A stretch of DNA of 64,000 nt. It comes from Basidiobolus meristosporus CBS 931.73 (taxonomy: Eukaryota > Fungi > Basidiobolomycota). The stretch is from contig MCFE01000425.1 of NCBI GenBank assembly GCA_002104905.1, forward strand, positions 1 through 64,000. The letters run 5' to 3'. The position numbers and the translations under genes are program-made. Within the stretch, counting starts at the first letter, position 1. Every line of letters begins with the position of its first letter. The notes under the pieces are model-generated. The model saw nothing but the letters and a program-made list of their open reading frames with translations, had not been told where the DNA came from and searched no databases. Shown here one piece after another: positions 38,600-52,668 of this stretch.

Positions 38600-41500
38600 T
38601 TCTATCTCTCCTTGTGCAATTCATATTTTCCGCTGTAGAATCACCCCTCTTTATTTGCTTACCCGCTACTACCTTGGATATTCCACATAGAGTTTGAATC
38701 AAAAAAACTATGGCCTCCTGCTTACTAACCTCCACAAATGTTCACACCTGCCACAATTGACATATTTCTATCACCCCAACTTTTTGGCTTTTTAGTGTGA
38801 TACTTGCAAAGTTGCCATATATCTTGTACTGCTGGTAACATATATAAGTTGCAAACATATGCTTGGTTGTTGCCATTGCTGCCATGAATAACTCCTGAAT
38901 ATCTGTAAAGAACTTATTGGTATTTTGCCAATATATTCCTTCTCCCTGCTGGATTCTAGTCCCCCTTATATGTGCACTCTGGCTTTTGTTTGTGTTGATT
39001 CCATATTGAATGGTGTAGAAGTTGGCTTGTGACCATGAGAAATCTGGCACACCTTTGTAGAGTTTTCCTGATAGAAAGTAGTTGCTTGTTGCACCCAACC
39101 TAACCTTGCATTACTTACCTGACTACCCACACAATGGGGCTGCTTAGCTTCTTAATGCCATAGGCATAGGTGTCACCATGTGCACATTTGTCCTCAGTAT
39201 TTTCCAACTCTTTCTGGCTGTCCTCCTTGTGCAAACTCATCACTTTCATGACAGACTAAAAGATAATATTCTTAATGAGATTGTGATATGGTAGTACCTG
39301 CAACTTGACTCATCTTCCTATCTCCCCACACATTTGCTGTGGTGGTGTAGAGGTATTCCTGGGAAAAGCCACACAACTCAAGGTGTATGAGGTCTCTGAT
39401 GGGTGCAATAACCTCTAGGCCTAAACTGCTGGTGTCTTTGTCAATATGCCATTATGGTAAAAGCTCCTGCTTCTCTAGCTTCCTAGGTGCTCCAGGTATC
39501 TCCAAAGGCCTCTGTGTATCCTGTGTACTACCCTGAAAAGCTCCTTGATGGCAGGTCTGAGATGTAAATGTTAAAGGCAGGTGCAGTGATCAACTTCTTA
39601 TCAATAAGGGAGTAGTGTTACTGATAGAAGGGATAATTTATTGATGAGGGATTACCTTCCCTTAAATACATTTCCTGATTGCCAAGTGATTACTAATGAC
39701 AAGGTTCTAGAAGATTCCAGGCATCAGTGGAATTCTTGATTACATCACTATGAGCTAAAAATATGCCCAGAATGTTGTGGAAGATTCTAAAAGGCACAGC
39801 ACATCCAACCTATCAGGGATCAGTAGTCTGAAACCTGCGCAATACAGAGATACCATATATGATATTTAAATGATAAGGATGGTAACACAGACTTAGGTTA
39901 TGTGTCACAGGTACTGACACATGTACCTGCTTAATGTAGATATAAATATAGATCACAAAGCCAAATAACATCTGGGATAACTAATGCTAATAACTAATAA
40001 GGGTAAACATCATATGCAGATAATACTAATTCTATGGGCAAAAGAAGAATAGGATAATACTGATAAGATAAAATACAGATAATTACATTATAATAGCTAT
40101 ATGAATAAACTTGTCCATGGGAGGTATGTCTACCCTACCGCACCATTCCATAGGAAACTCCCAAAAGGTGAAGCAAGGCCCAATATTCTCCACACACCAT
40201 GCAAGATGGATTAGAGAATGAATACAGTAGCAGCAGAGATCTACATGTTCAGCTTTAAGTGTTTAGTAAAGCCACTCAAATTCCATCTCAAATTCCTCAC
40301 ACAACAGCTGTAGATGTGTCAAGTTGGCATAGGTGATCCGCTTCTGAATAAATATTCCACAATGTCCACATATGACTCCCAATGCTTCCAATGTACTCTT
40401 GGTAGTAATGGCTCCAGAATGACAATTGAATAAATACATATCCAGTTCATTCAGTCCTTATATATGCATTGTTGTATATGTGTATGAAAACTAATTGGAG
40501 CCTGTGAGAAGTACTTAGGGTAGCAGATACTCTATAGTATCTTGTTAATTCATTTGAATTTCTCCAGTATCTCAAGGGGCTTATTTGGCTTGAAATGCCC
40601 CATGAACAACTTGGTGATCAGTATAATGATATTGTTGAAAAGCAAATGCATTGCTCCCAGTGGAAAGCTCTTGTGCCAACATGTACCCTCTATCTTAAGT
40701 ATCTACAGTTTCCAATTGATTCCATATTCTGACCAATGGCTTATAGCTTGCCAACTTTGCTGCAATTGCATGCTGACTTCTGCACATTGTCTCTGTGGAA
40801 AGATGATGTTCTTAGTGCTGGTGTTTGGGTAATAATAATGTGTGAGTTATGGAGTAAATTCCCTGGATCTCACACTTTTGACAGCAATACTGTCCATTGT
40901 GCCCAGAAAAACAAGCTATCTTGCTGATGGCTGGGGAATCTCTAATGCAGATAATAATATGCACTTTTAAATGACAGCCATATACTGTTATGCCACTGGA
41001 AAGCATACAAAATTCATCCAGCAATGAATACAGGCAGCTATTCAGGCTGGACAGTGATTTAGGCCCAGATACCTGCCATACTACCATCAGATTATTGCTC
41101 TGATACTGTAAGATGGATGGTAGATTCCAGTTGAAGAGAATCAGTGGCCTGCAGGATTTGCTGGTAGAGTACTTGTTTAATAAGAATCCATCTTGTGCTA
41201 AAGCAAAGGCATGGTCAAACATACCTTCAAAGTAGCCCTTGCTTCTTGGTTGATTGTAATGTTTGCCATGAAATATACTGGATATGTTTGCTCTTGATTG
41301 ATACTGAGTGAGTTACTGTATAGCTTTGCAATATTTGTTGGACTGTATCAGCTTCCTCTGCCAGGGTATGAGTGGAAAATATCTGGAGTGTGAACAATGT
41401 TTTCCCTTGAAGGTGGTAGATTGCTAACAATTTGGACATGTTGCAATGGTAGCATTTTTGGATGTGAATGCCATGCAACTACTCACACTTGCTGGAATCA

Positions 41501-41700
41501 GGACAGTCTGTGGATCATATGTTGGCAGCTGCATGATGGTTGTTCACTTGTACCATGTATATGGTAAGTTGCATCGCATATAGGGACTGGACCAGGCTCA
41601 TACATGGCACTGTTTTTACGGAAGATAGGCTCAAGATCTATCAGTGAACCTTCTTAATCAGAGCTATCACTCTGCATGTCATATTCAGAAGGTTGGGGTG
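38600..41700 (-). pseudogene. Tnp2 (Transposase_21) family transposase, decayed
   Basis: FALAQDGFLLNKYSTSKSCRPLILFNWNLP...VSGPKSLSSLNSCLYSLLDEF...IRDSPAISKIACFSGHNGQYCCQKC, with many stops. Confidence 0.85.
39338..40142 (-). repeat. Diverged solo LTR related to family 2
   Basis: Starts TGTGGTGGTGTA like 41952; internal blocks match 42490-42800; interrupts the Tnp2 relic. TSD not resolvable. Confidence 0.6.
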
Positions 41701-41951
41701 AGCCTAAAGGTGTTGCAAACACACCTGACTCAGTTTGTGCAAGATGACAAAGATGTTCAGGTGCCAATATAGAAGCATTAACTGGCTGGCAGGATAATGT
41801 TGGTACAGTAGTGACTGACAAATGTTCAAATATGACTCAGGTGGCAAAACAAAGGCCATGATCCATGTAATACTTTCTATGCTCTCTGCATGCTTCATGG
41901 CTGAGAGGCTTGCCACAATAACCACATGGTCTTATTTCTCCTCCCTTACGG

Positions 41952-43022
41952 TGTGGTGGTGTATAGGTCAAAGGGAAAGATACGTCCAACACTTCTCAAG
42001 TGTTTTGTATGTGGGGTGTTCACTGGGTGCAATAACCTCTGGCAAAAGCTTGCTAGGAATACTTGGGTTCTGTCTCTAATCTAATGTGATGGGGAATAAA
42101 GCCACAAGCTTATCAAGGGAAAACTATTGAGCTACAATCCCCAACTTAGTTGGCGTCTTAACAAAAGTATGTGCTAGGTTTAGTGTCCTTTGAGATGACA
42201 ATGTACTAAAGCTTCCAAAGTCAAAACAACTGTAAGCTCCACCAGCAGGGACTTGATAAGAATGCAGCTGTGGTCAATAGTTACAAAGACAGAAAAGTAT
42301 CTTTGCCTGTACAAGCACAAACTTGGGTAAGAATCAAATATAATAAAAGATACCTACTCTGAGTATTACTCACAAGTAGTGCCTCCAAGGTCAGTTGGCT
42401 GCCAGCACAGTTTCCTGGGAGTGTCCTGTGGTCTGGGGTTGGAAGTTCAGGTAGCAGCAGGTAGCAGTGATCACACTAATTGACAAGTTGGTATATTGAT
42501 AAAAAGGATGATGATTTATTGTTGAGGGATAGCCTCCCTTATATACTTTTCTCACTGGCTAAGTGATTACTAATCATGGTGTTCCAGAAGGTTCCAGATA
42601 TCAATAGAAATCTTAATGACATCAGAATGACCTAAGAATGTTCTAAGTAGGTACTGAAAGCTTCTAAGAGGCACAGCACATCCAACCAATCAGGAATCAG
42701 TATTCTGAGACCTGTGTAACATAGGAACACCATACATGATATGGAAATGGTAGGGATGGTGACACAGGGCGATCATGTCCCACAGGTACTGGCACAGGTA
42801 CTTGCCTAATATAGAAGCACTTATAGCCAGTAATCTTACATAAAGTGAGGGGTAACTTATGCAACAAGGTAAGCATGTGTGATAGTCAACCGGCTTATGG
42901 GATAGTACTGATTGGGTAAGATAAATGCAATAAAATTAAAATAAGTGTAGTAGATTTATAGGGAAGTAGAAAATAAGGGAATCAGCACATCTGTCAGTGG
43001 GTGTCACTGTCACCCCACTACA
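41952..43022 (-). repeat. Solo LTR, family 2, TSD ACGG/ATGG
   Basis: acgg|TGTGGTGG...CCCCACTACA|atgg. Removal restores CTTACGGCATTGAAT, matching the empty spacer at ~28245-28262. Confidence 0.88.
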
Positions 43023-43274
43023 ATGGCATTGAATCAAAGTAGTCTTGTCCATGGGGCAAGCAGTTTGACCTTAAACAATGTGATGCTATTATATCACTTT
43101 TTGGTCATTACTTATGTGAACTTAAGACAGTCTTGTATTTGAGACAGTGCACCTACAGGAAAGTAAGATTCAATGATGGCCTGCCATAGTGAGCATTATA
43201 AACAAAGTTGTGGCACCACATACACATGTATATGTGAAACTATTTCCCCTTTGGTTTGACTCACTTCCATATAT

Positions 43275-44970
43275 ATGCCACCAAAAAATAAAGCAAAGTC
43301 ATTTGATTCCCAACTAAACCCCACCACTGAGAGCAACAGAAGAATGGTTGGACAACAGCTTGCTTTGACATTCAGTGCAACATGCAGGGCTACATTCAAA
43401 AAAGGCCCTGTGGACAGTGTGCCCATTGAAGGTAGTGATGCAGACTCCTCAGGCTCTCAGTCAAGTAGGTGATTGAAAACCTTGGCGGAGCCACAAGCTG
43501 ACTGTTATGCTTAGGCAGATGAGAATGTAGCAAATGCAGTACCCTCAGTTGAAGACCGGCAAGTGGCCATGATAACTTCACCACCACCTATATTAGAAAG
43601 TATGTTGTCAGCTCATATCAAAGCATTAATGAAGCAATTAGGTGCTGTGGCTGACAAGATAGATGCAACGGCCCAGAGAGATCAGGAAATAGTCTAGAAG
43701 CAGGATAAGCAGATAATACGTGTAGAGCAATCAATATCCCAGGTAGAGAAAGCAATATCTTTGCTGCATGGAAGGAACACAAGTAGCTCAATGTCACAGT
43801 CAAGAACTGAGCCATTTCCCATTGTAATAGCAGAGAAACACCTTGTAGTCTTTGAAGCACAACAACAGTGCCCAAAGATAAAACCCACAGAAAAACCTAT
43901 CACAGCATGGGAGGGAGACAGTCAGGTGTGTATACCAAGGCCTATAAATCAAAGACATTGAAGATCTGTGAAGCCATTGCTTGCAACAATGAAGAGTTGC
44001 TAATATACATAAGGCTGTCAGAAGTCTAACACACCATCACCTTAAGGCCAGCATACCATGGGACCATCAGGAACTCAAGGCCAAGCAGAATGCACTTCAC
44101 TTGTTACTTGAATATTATCCTGGATTCAAGTGGGTAAACAGATTTTGGGCCAGCATTGATATGCTAAGAAAGTATCTTAAAAATAGCAGAAACTATGAAA
44201 GGCAGAAGAACAAGGGTGCCATGGCTAAAAACCTGCAGCTTCCTCAAGAGTACATTATAAGCAGGGTGAAAGCTCCAGACATGCATCAAAGACATGTCAG
44301 GTAGCTGGAAGAGTGCCAATTAGGGACAAGCAGACAGACACAGATGCACCAGCACAATAGCACTCAGTTGAAGTAGCAGTGAAGGACCAGGCAGTGATAA
44401 AGGAAAAGGTAAAGGGAAAATGCCTACCCAAGCCCAAGAGAGTGAGGCATGCAAAAAAATGCAGCTCTTGCCAATTAATGCCGCAAGCCAGGAACAGACT
44501 GAGTCCCATTGTAGCCAAGAAGAATTACCAACTAGAAAACAGTTGTTTTCACAAGAGTTGGAAGTGCAGCCACTTGAGCTACACTCCAGCAAAGTAGATG
44601 AGTTTGCTGAAAAAAGCAATTTGTCTACCACAGCCTCCACATCTTTCATTGTTGACAGAGTAGAGATCCCACCAACTGACAAGGCTACAGCATCAAGAGC
44701 TTGAAAGACTATCACAATGCCTTCAGTGGAGTTCTAAAACATTGGGTGGAGATCCCACTGACTAACAAGGTAACATTGTCAAGAACTCAAAAGGCTGGCA
44801 CAATGCCTTCAGTGGAACATTGGAGCATTAATAGGCACACCAATAGGTTGCAGTACTTCCTCAAGAGCAGTGCTCAAGAAAACACACTTGAATATTGCAA
44901 GGATTCATTGCAAGGACTGGCAGATGAGGTGATAGGCCTTGCAGTACCAGCTGAAGACCAGGATGTGTGA
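43275..44970 (+). pseudogene. CMC element ORF2 (unknown accessory protein, starts MPPKNKAK), decayed
   Basis: ORF-track pieces 43275-43472, 43761-43961, 44101-44304 (LLEYYPGFKWVNRFWASIDMLRKYLKNSRNY) and 44379-44970. Homologous copies start at 28494 (+) and 47385 (-). Confidence 0.7.
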
Positions 44971-46479
44971 GAACCAGTGAATGAACAGAGGCATAAAGCT
45001 GTTGGGTTTCTGCCAAAGTTGTGGAACCAGAGCATTACAGCAGAAATATTTATTAAGTGGTAGATTTTAATGGAGTGACTTGTTGAGTGTGGGGTTGGGC
45101 TAAATGTTAATGTAAGGTATAGAGACTTGTATAAATGAATTCAATTGGCAATTGAGGTACAACTGAAGTTTCAACAGAAATAAATTAATTCATACGCATG
45201 AAAAGTAAGAGAAACAGTTGAGTCAGGAAGTAAGGAGTGTGAAAAGAGGCAATAGCCAATTGATGCACACAAATGTAGGAGGCAATAGAGTGTCTGGGAT
45301 CAGAAAGTGAGCAAATTGGCAGGGAACTAATCAAAAGCCACTTATACTTTGTTGTGATGAAAAATTTGACTAAGTTTTTTGTGAAATCTGGGGTGCAATT
45401 ATTTTTCAATGGTCTCTGGACAGTGTCCTGATGGGATCAGTGCTTCTTAGTCATGGGACTTTAACTTTGTGACAGCCTTTGGATGGGATAATCTCAATAA
45501 TTTTTCAAATGGAGTTGTGCTCTGAAGACAGGAGGCTCCCAAACACTATATCAGATCTGATAATCTGTGAGTATGCCACCAGCATGATTCAGACTTAGAG
45601 CAATTAGGAATATCCAATAACTAGCTTCATTAAGACCAGGTATTCAATAAAGAATCATATTGCATATAAGTTGACAGTTTCCTATGGAGTTAAGTGACAC
45701 CTAAGCCAAATTTGGACTATCTATCACACAAGATATGACTCAGTAACAATACTACACAAGAATATTGGAGCAGTGCGGCTTATTATAGCAGCAAAGTGGT
45801 CCATGAGAGACTACTTAGCTGGAGGCAATACTAACATCCCAGAAAACAACAAAGTTAACCTACCTGCTCTAGGAGCTAGAGAGGTGGTATTAAGGACCAA
45901 CCCAAGGGTCTTAATGGGTCCAGAGGATAATGGACTTGCCTATTAGCACTATTAACCAAGCTCTATGCACAAATACACCCTCAAAAGTAGCAATGACATA
46001 TCAGAGCTGACACATTGGATATACGCATTAGAAAGTGCTATATCAGGGTGCATTGTTTAATTGCAATAGTACAAATGAGATTATACTTAGTTTTTTAGGA
46101 TAAAGCCTCTTTGAAGAGTTACCAATCAGGCTGTGGTATTTGGTGATACTAAATCAAGCTTATTGAAGTGCTAAGGAAAGACCTGAGCACCTTAACAGTG
46201 ATACTAGTACACAAAAGTGATTTTAATATTTGTAGGATACACAAGATCCATCTAAGTCAGCTTTAGAAGGAAAGGAGGCACCCAAAGATATTGCTGCAGT
46301 TGGAGTACAATATCCGAGATCACTAATGTGCAAATCCAACATTATATAAAATTGAAAGCACAAGCTTGGAAGAGGAAACACTAGGTCAACTGCTAGGATC
46401 AATCAAATGAGTAGTTGAGTAAGATCAGTTTGTAGTCAAATAAATTAGATTTACGTTGAGCCTATGACTATATCTGACT

Positions 46480-47640
46480 AGTTTTGTCTGCTCAAATAAG
46501 TGAAGGTCATAATAAGGCCATTGTAATGCCATCAAAATCCTCTCAAGGAGCTACCCAAACACCTACAAGTCTATTTACTAGATTTGCAGTACATCCAGCA
46601 AACACCATTGCAATTGCATCATAACATTCTTAAGCAGGTCAATAATTCCAAGTTGCCAACATTTGATAGCTATTGTATGGGATCTTGATGGCTGATTCAG
46701 ATTGGATCAACCTATGAAACCCAAATACTTTTCATAGGGTACCCACCTCAGTCTCACCCTCCCATGCTGTCATTAGCTTTTCTGTGGGCTTTATCTTTAA
46801 GCTCTGTTGTTGTGCTTCAAACGCTGTATGATGTTCCTCTCCTATTGCATTACAAAACTGCTCCATTTTTGGCTATGTCCTATGTCTACTCAAGTTTCTT
46901 CATTGCCATCTAGAAACTATGTTCTCTATCCAGGATATTGATGGCTGTTCATGTATTATCCACTCTTCCTGTCTCTGGACTGTTTCCTGATTTCTCCAAG
47001 CAGTTGCATTTATCCTTTCAGCTTTTGCACCTAATTGCCTTATCAAGGCTTTAGTAGAGCTGGCAACATATTTGCCAATACTGCTGGTGGTGATGTTATG
47101 ATAGTCATTGACTGGTCCTTGACTGGAGGCACTGCATCAGCTACAACCTCTTCTGCCTTATCATCATCATCAGCTTGTAGCTCTGTAGATATTCTCAATT
47201 GCATACTTGACTAAAAGCCTGAGAAGTCCACAGCATTATCTGTAGTGGGCACTCAGTGAAAATGGCCCTTCTTTGATGTAGCCCCACTTTTGGCATTGAA
47301 TTCAAGAACAAGCTTGTGTCCAAAAATTTATCTGCTGATGCTTGTGACTGGGAACTAAATAACTTAGCTTTAATTTTGGCAGCATATAAATAAGAGTATG
47401 TCTATAGAAATGAGAAATAGTATTACTGCTAGGCGTATATGTGGTGCCATAGGATTACTTATATTGCTCACTATGGTGAGTCATCATGGAATCTCACAAT
47501 TGAGTAGTTGCAATGTTTCAGATACCAGACTGTCTTAGGGCTGCATAAGTACTGATAAAGCAGCAATATAATGATGTAAAGCTGTTGAGTGTCAAGCTGT
47601 TTGCTTGATGGTAACTTGATGGCCTTGTTGTGGACACTTT
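46480..47640 (-). mobile_element. Third CMC ORF2 copy (ATG 47385) interrupted by a left end of the same family at 46739
   Basis: The minus strand reads the ORF2 homolog up to ...WEGETEVG, then CCCTATGAAAAGTATTTGGG. Confidence 0.75.
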
Positions 47641-47799
47641 TTCAGCTTTATAAAGTATTATGGAGGCCTACTGCTAGTACAAAGTTATGCTATTGTATCA
47701 ATTACTAGATAGTATTTTCTCTTGCTCCCTCTCCTTGGAGCATCTATATATTCCATAGTAGAGTCATCCCAGTTTATTTGCCAACTCAATGCTACTGTA

Positions 47800-50690
47800 G
47801 GTATTCCATCTATAGTTCTATCAAAGGAACTATGACCTCCAGCTTACTAACCTCCACATATTCATGCACCTGCTGCAATTGATGCACTACTATCACCTTA
47901 AATTTACAGCTTTTCAGTGTGATACTTGCAAAGATATCAAATACCTTTCATTGCTGGTAACATATAAAACTTGCAAACATATGCTTGGTTGCCACTACTG
48001 TTGCTATGAACTGTGGTAGTGGAAAGTATTCCATTACTACAATATCTCTAAGACCAATATTGCACTCAATTCTTTATTTTTCTTTTTGCTATTGTAACAC
48101 ACAAGTGAAAGATCAAGAATTTCCAACTTTGAAGAACAATTGCTCCAGACCCTGACAAGCAATCCACCCAAGAATATTATATCATACAGAACACGTAGTA
48201 GCAAACACATGCTTCAGATTACTGCTCATTTGAAGCAGTACTAAAGGAGTTATGACCAAAAGAGTCCAATTATTATATATACTATGCCTTATTGCTAGGA
48301 TTACTATGGTGACTTTGATTGCATGTAACTTTTGAACCAGCCAATCTAATCACGTGAAATTTCCACAGGTGCTGCCCCTATGTCCGATCTGCACCACTGC
48401 AAAGTTTTAGCTTTGTGTTATGGGTATTGCTTGCACATCACCCAAAAACTTTGATCCTTCAATATTTTCATATATATAACTTCCCCAGCTGAAAAAATAA
48501 AGGGAGAGCCTCTCTTTCCAGAATCTTCACACTACAATTACAAGTTTGAAGGCTATAAGACTTCCCCTGCATCACTTGCACTGTTGAGTATTCTGACTTT
48601 CATTGGTACTACATCAGTAAAGAGACTGCAAAGCACACAAGAATCCAATCTAAGTTCTACCAGAAACTACCACCTTTCTGTTGCAAAAGTACTCTAAAGA
48701 CACCCCTTTAGACACCCCTTTAGTCTAAAGACCCCTTTAGAGACCCCTTTGAGAAACCCCTTTACTCTAAAGAAACCCCTTTAGGCACCCCTTTAGTGTA
48801 AAGTCCACTTTAGTGACCACTACAAGAAGCCCCTTTATTCTAAAGAGACCCCTTTAGACACCCCTTTAGGTCTAAAGACCCCTTTAGAGACTTCTACAAC
48901 ACACCCCTTTAGGTAGAAGGGGAGTTCAGAATTTTCATATTAGGAAATATTTTCTCAGAAAGGAAAGTGAATTCCAAATAAGGAAAATTTACTATAAAAG
49001 TAAAAAGCCCATTAGTTGACAGAAGGTCAGAACACTGCTGTAGAAGTGATAAACACTGCCTACAGTATATTTTGAGCCTAAGATTGAGGAAATTAGTGAA
49101 AGTTATATCTTCTATTGGTATATCAAGCTCCCAATAAACTATCTCAGTATTAGCATACTGGAAGTTGTTGTATATTGCTGATTAGCCTCTACATTGTAGA
49201 ACAAGCCTCAAACTAATCATAATACAACACAACAGAACACCTTTTGAATATTTGCAAATTGGCTTTTGGTACCTAGCAAGTATTGTTCCTTTGCCCTGCT
49301 GGATTCTAGTCCGCATTATAGGCACTGTATGAAATCCATATTGAATCAAGTAGAGTTCAACTTCTACCCAGAAGAACCTGGCATATTTGGTGAGGTTGCT
49401 TTAACAAAGATTAGTTGCTTATTTCATGCAATCAAATATTGCATTAGCTAGCTGATTGACTAAGTATTGGGGTTGCTTAGCTTCTAAATGCCTAAGACAA
49501 GGATATCTTCATGTGTGCATCTGTCCTTGGTATTTCCTACAATCCATGGCTATCATCCTTGTCCAAACTCATCACATCCATGGCAAACTTGAAGGTAATA
49601 TTCTTGCTGAGAATGGGATTTGGTGGTACTTGTAACTTCACTTATCTTCCTATGCTACCACACATCTTCTCTATAGGAAGTTCCCAAATGGTGAAATATG
49701 GTCCAATATTTGCTGCATACAAAGCAAGATGGAATAGTAAATGTATACAGTAGCAGCACAGTTCAATGCATTCAGCTTATGTGTAGGCAAGTGAGCCTAG
49801 AAATCTATTTGCATGAGAATGATGTAATGTTGTGGCTAGAGCAGTGGAGTACTTCCACCAATATTAGTAATGGGGTGTTGAGGAGATTGAGCTACTTCTT
49901 GCTGAGATAATTGAAGAATGCAACTTACCATTTACATTGTACAAGTGGAGAACCATCATGAAACTGCCAGTATATGACCTAGAGACCATTCTAATACCAA
50001 CATGTGACAACTTCAGCATGTCACTCACATCAGAAAATGCAACCATTGCAAGGTGTCTAGCCTGTCAGGAATCAACCACTGCATCAAAAAAATATTGCTC
50101 ACACTGCAGACATCTTCCGGTTATACCACATCTTAAGAAGCTTATGCAAGTTAATAAGTATCTTGAAGGTATCAAGTACAGCACTCAGTATTAATCAAGT
50201 ACAAATATTGTAATATATTCATTGGCAAACATTATAAATACTCAAGAAGCAGGGGCTATCTGGAAGGTATTTATGACTATGCTTCTGCCTTGCCACCTGA
50301 TGGACTCTTGCTGAGTAAGTACACTGCTAGTAAATCCTGCTGGCCTCTGATTCTGAAGAATCTGAGTCAACCACCAAACTTGCATTATCAGAGCAGAAAC
50401 CGGATAGTAGTTCCAATGATATCTGGCCCTGAACTACAGTACAACCTAGATTGTAACTCTATCCCTTGTAGAATGAGCTTTGTATGCTGTCCAGCAAGAT
50501 ACAAGTAAATGTGCATTGTGCCAAAGCTCCTGTTACTATCTGCATTCAAGATATCTGAGCCATCAGCAAGATAGCCAGCTTTTCTGGCTGCAATGGACAA
50601 TATAACTGCTCAATATGTGAGATCCAGGACATTTACTACATAACTTAAAGTTACTATTCCAAGCGTCAATACTAAGAACAGCATCTTCCC
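47800..50690. pseudogene. Rearranged Tnp2 fragments (C-terminal part on minus to ~49750, core on plus ~49750-50690)
   Basis: Plus ORF 50290-50508 reads PDGLLLSKYTASKSCWPLILKNL...MISGPEL; 47890-49700 matches 38760-39330. Confidence 0.7.
48012..49234 (+). repeat. Solo LTR, family 1, copy B, TSD GAAC
   Basis: gaac|TGTGGTAGTGG...ACAACA|gaac; inserted in a Tnp2 C-terminal relic. Confidence 0.92.
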
Positions 50691-52660
50691 ACACAGAGAA
50701 TCTATCAGAAAACACTTCTGCACTGTGTTCATGCTTCATCAGGATTTCATGGTGATTGAAACTTGCAACTTTGTATTCATTGGCTACAAGAACAGCTTTA
50801 GCAAATGGCAGTTCAGTGGGATGGTCAATTGCTACTAGAACTCAATGGCTGCATCTCCTGATTGTTGGCAGTCTTCTGTGGTAATGGAAAGTATTCCATT
50901 AATCTCAAAACCAATATTGCACTCATTTCTTTATTTTGCCTTTGCTGTTGTAGCACAAAATGAAAGATCAAGAAATTCCATTTTTCAAGAACAAAAGCTC
51001 AAGACCTTGACAAGTAATCCACCCAAGAATATTATGCCATGCAGAAAATGCAGTAGTCAACATCTGTTATAAATTGCAGCACATTTGAAGCGGTACTTAA
51101 GGAGTTATGATCAAAAGAGTCCAGTTATTATATAAACTAGGCCTCTATTGCTAGAGCCATTCTGATGACTTTGATTGCATGTAACCTTCAAACCTGCCAA
51201 TCAAATTATGTGGGATTCTCACAGGTGTTGCACCTCTGTAGGATCTGTGCTACTGCAAGATCTATGCTTTATACCATACGTATTTCTTGTGCAATCACCC
51301 AAAAACTTTGATCCTTCAGAATTTTCATATATATGATATCCCCAGCTGAAAAATAAAAGAGAGCCTCTCTATAAAGAAGTTCCACACAACAACTATATGT
51401 TCAGAGGTTATAAGACTTCCCCTGTATTACTTGCACTGTTGAGTATTCTGACTTTGATCAGTATTACAACAATAAAGAGACTGCAAAGCTCACAAGAATC
51501 CAATCCAAGTTCTAAATCAAAACTGCCACTTTTCTATCATCAAAGTCCCCTCTACAAAACCCCTTTACCTTAAAACACCCCTTTAGGATAGAAGGGAGTT
51601 CAGAGCTACCATATTAGGATGTATTCTCTCTTAAAGGAAAGTGACTTCCAAACACGGAAAAGCTACTATAAAAGTAAAAGAGCCTAATAGTCAACAGAAC
51701 AACAGAACACTGTTGTAGAAGTGAGAAACACTGCCTATAGTATATTTGAGTCTAAGACTGTGGATATTAGTGAAAGCTAATCTTCTATTGATATATGTAA
51801 CTCCCAATGAATATTTCCATATTAGTATACTGGAAGTTGTTGTGTATTGCAGATTAGCCTCTAGATTGTAGAAAAACCTCCAAACTAATTGCAATACAAT
51901 GCAACACTTCCATTTGAGTCAATTCCCTGTGGCTCAAATGGTTTTAAAGGCTCCAAGGAATAGAGTTCAGCAACTCTCTGTAGCTGGCCTTAGTTTATTT
52001 GGCAACTTGGGCATGTTTTTGCTAGCATTTCAACTTCTTGTTTCTTTCTAGGACACTACACTCAAGCTTTAACAAGGCTGAAGATTCCTACAATTTCAAG
52101 AAGTCCATACTCATTGTGTAGCTTATATAGTTGATCCAGGTAAGCAACATATGGGCAATAAGCAATGGGGCTTCAATCACAGTTTGCTATCTTTATCCTG
52201 GTTAATCATCTTGATATCTTCATCCACAACATTAGGAATGGCTTAGTGCGCCAGGTACTCTGATAATAAGCAAAGCCAAACTGATTCAGTTACCAAGCTG
52301 AGTTGTGCAACTTGTTTTAGTCTTGATAAGGCATCAGCAACCATGTTTTTTTCCTGGCACAGTAGACATTCACCTAGTCAGATTGCTGAGTGTATTCACT
52401 CCATCATGTCATCCTTCTGGATGGTACCTTCAGAGTAAATATATAATTTGGTGATGCACAATTGGTCTTCACAGTGCTCATGACTTCTCCAGTGTATTGT
52501 ATTTGTGTCTTCAAGCAGTGTTTTATGGCAAGCATATTCTTCTCATGCACTGGTTAGTTTTGCTCTGCTGATTCCGGTTTGTTGGACTTAAAGCAGCGTT
52601 GTAGTTCTTTCCCTCATGTTCTCTGCTCTGTACTCAACCAATTGCATGATCTGAAGCATC
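50690..52660 (-). mobile_element. Ty3/gypsy RNase H-integrase relic, interrupted by solo LTR copy C
   Basis: The minus strand reads PGKNMVADALSRL, then across the LTR PLKPFEPQGIDSNGRLPT...VLVAIDHPTELPFAKAV...EVFSDR. Confidence 0.8.
50877..51906 (+). repeat. Solo LTR, family 1, copy C, TSD CTTC
   Basis: cttc|TGTGGTAATGG...GCAACA|cttc; the internal tandem array is nearly absent. Confidence 0.9.
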
Positions 52661-52668
52661 TGTGCACA

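Larger units (their letters stand above)
38181..45513. mobile_element. CMC/CACTA-type DNA transposon, copy 2, near full length, with two solo-LTR insertions
   Basis: Left terminus gtt|CCCTATGAAAAATAATTTGG at 38181 and a degenerate right terminus ...ATCTCAATAATTTTTCAAATGGA|gtt, giving a candidate TSD GTT. Tnp2 on minus, ORF2 on plus. Confidence 0.75.
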
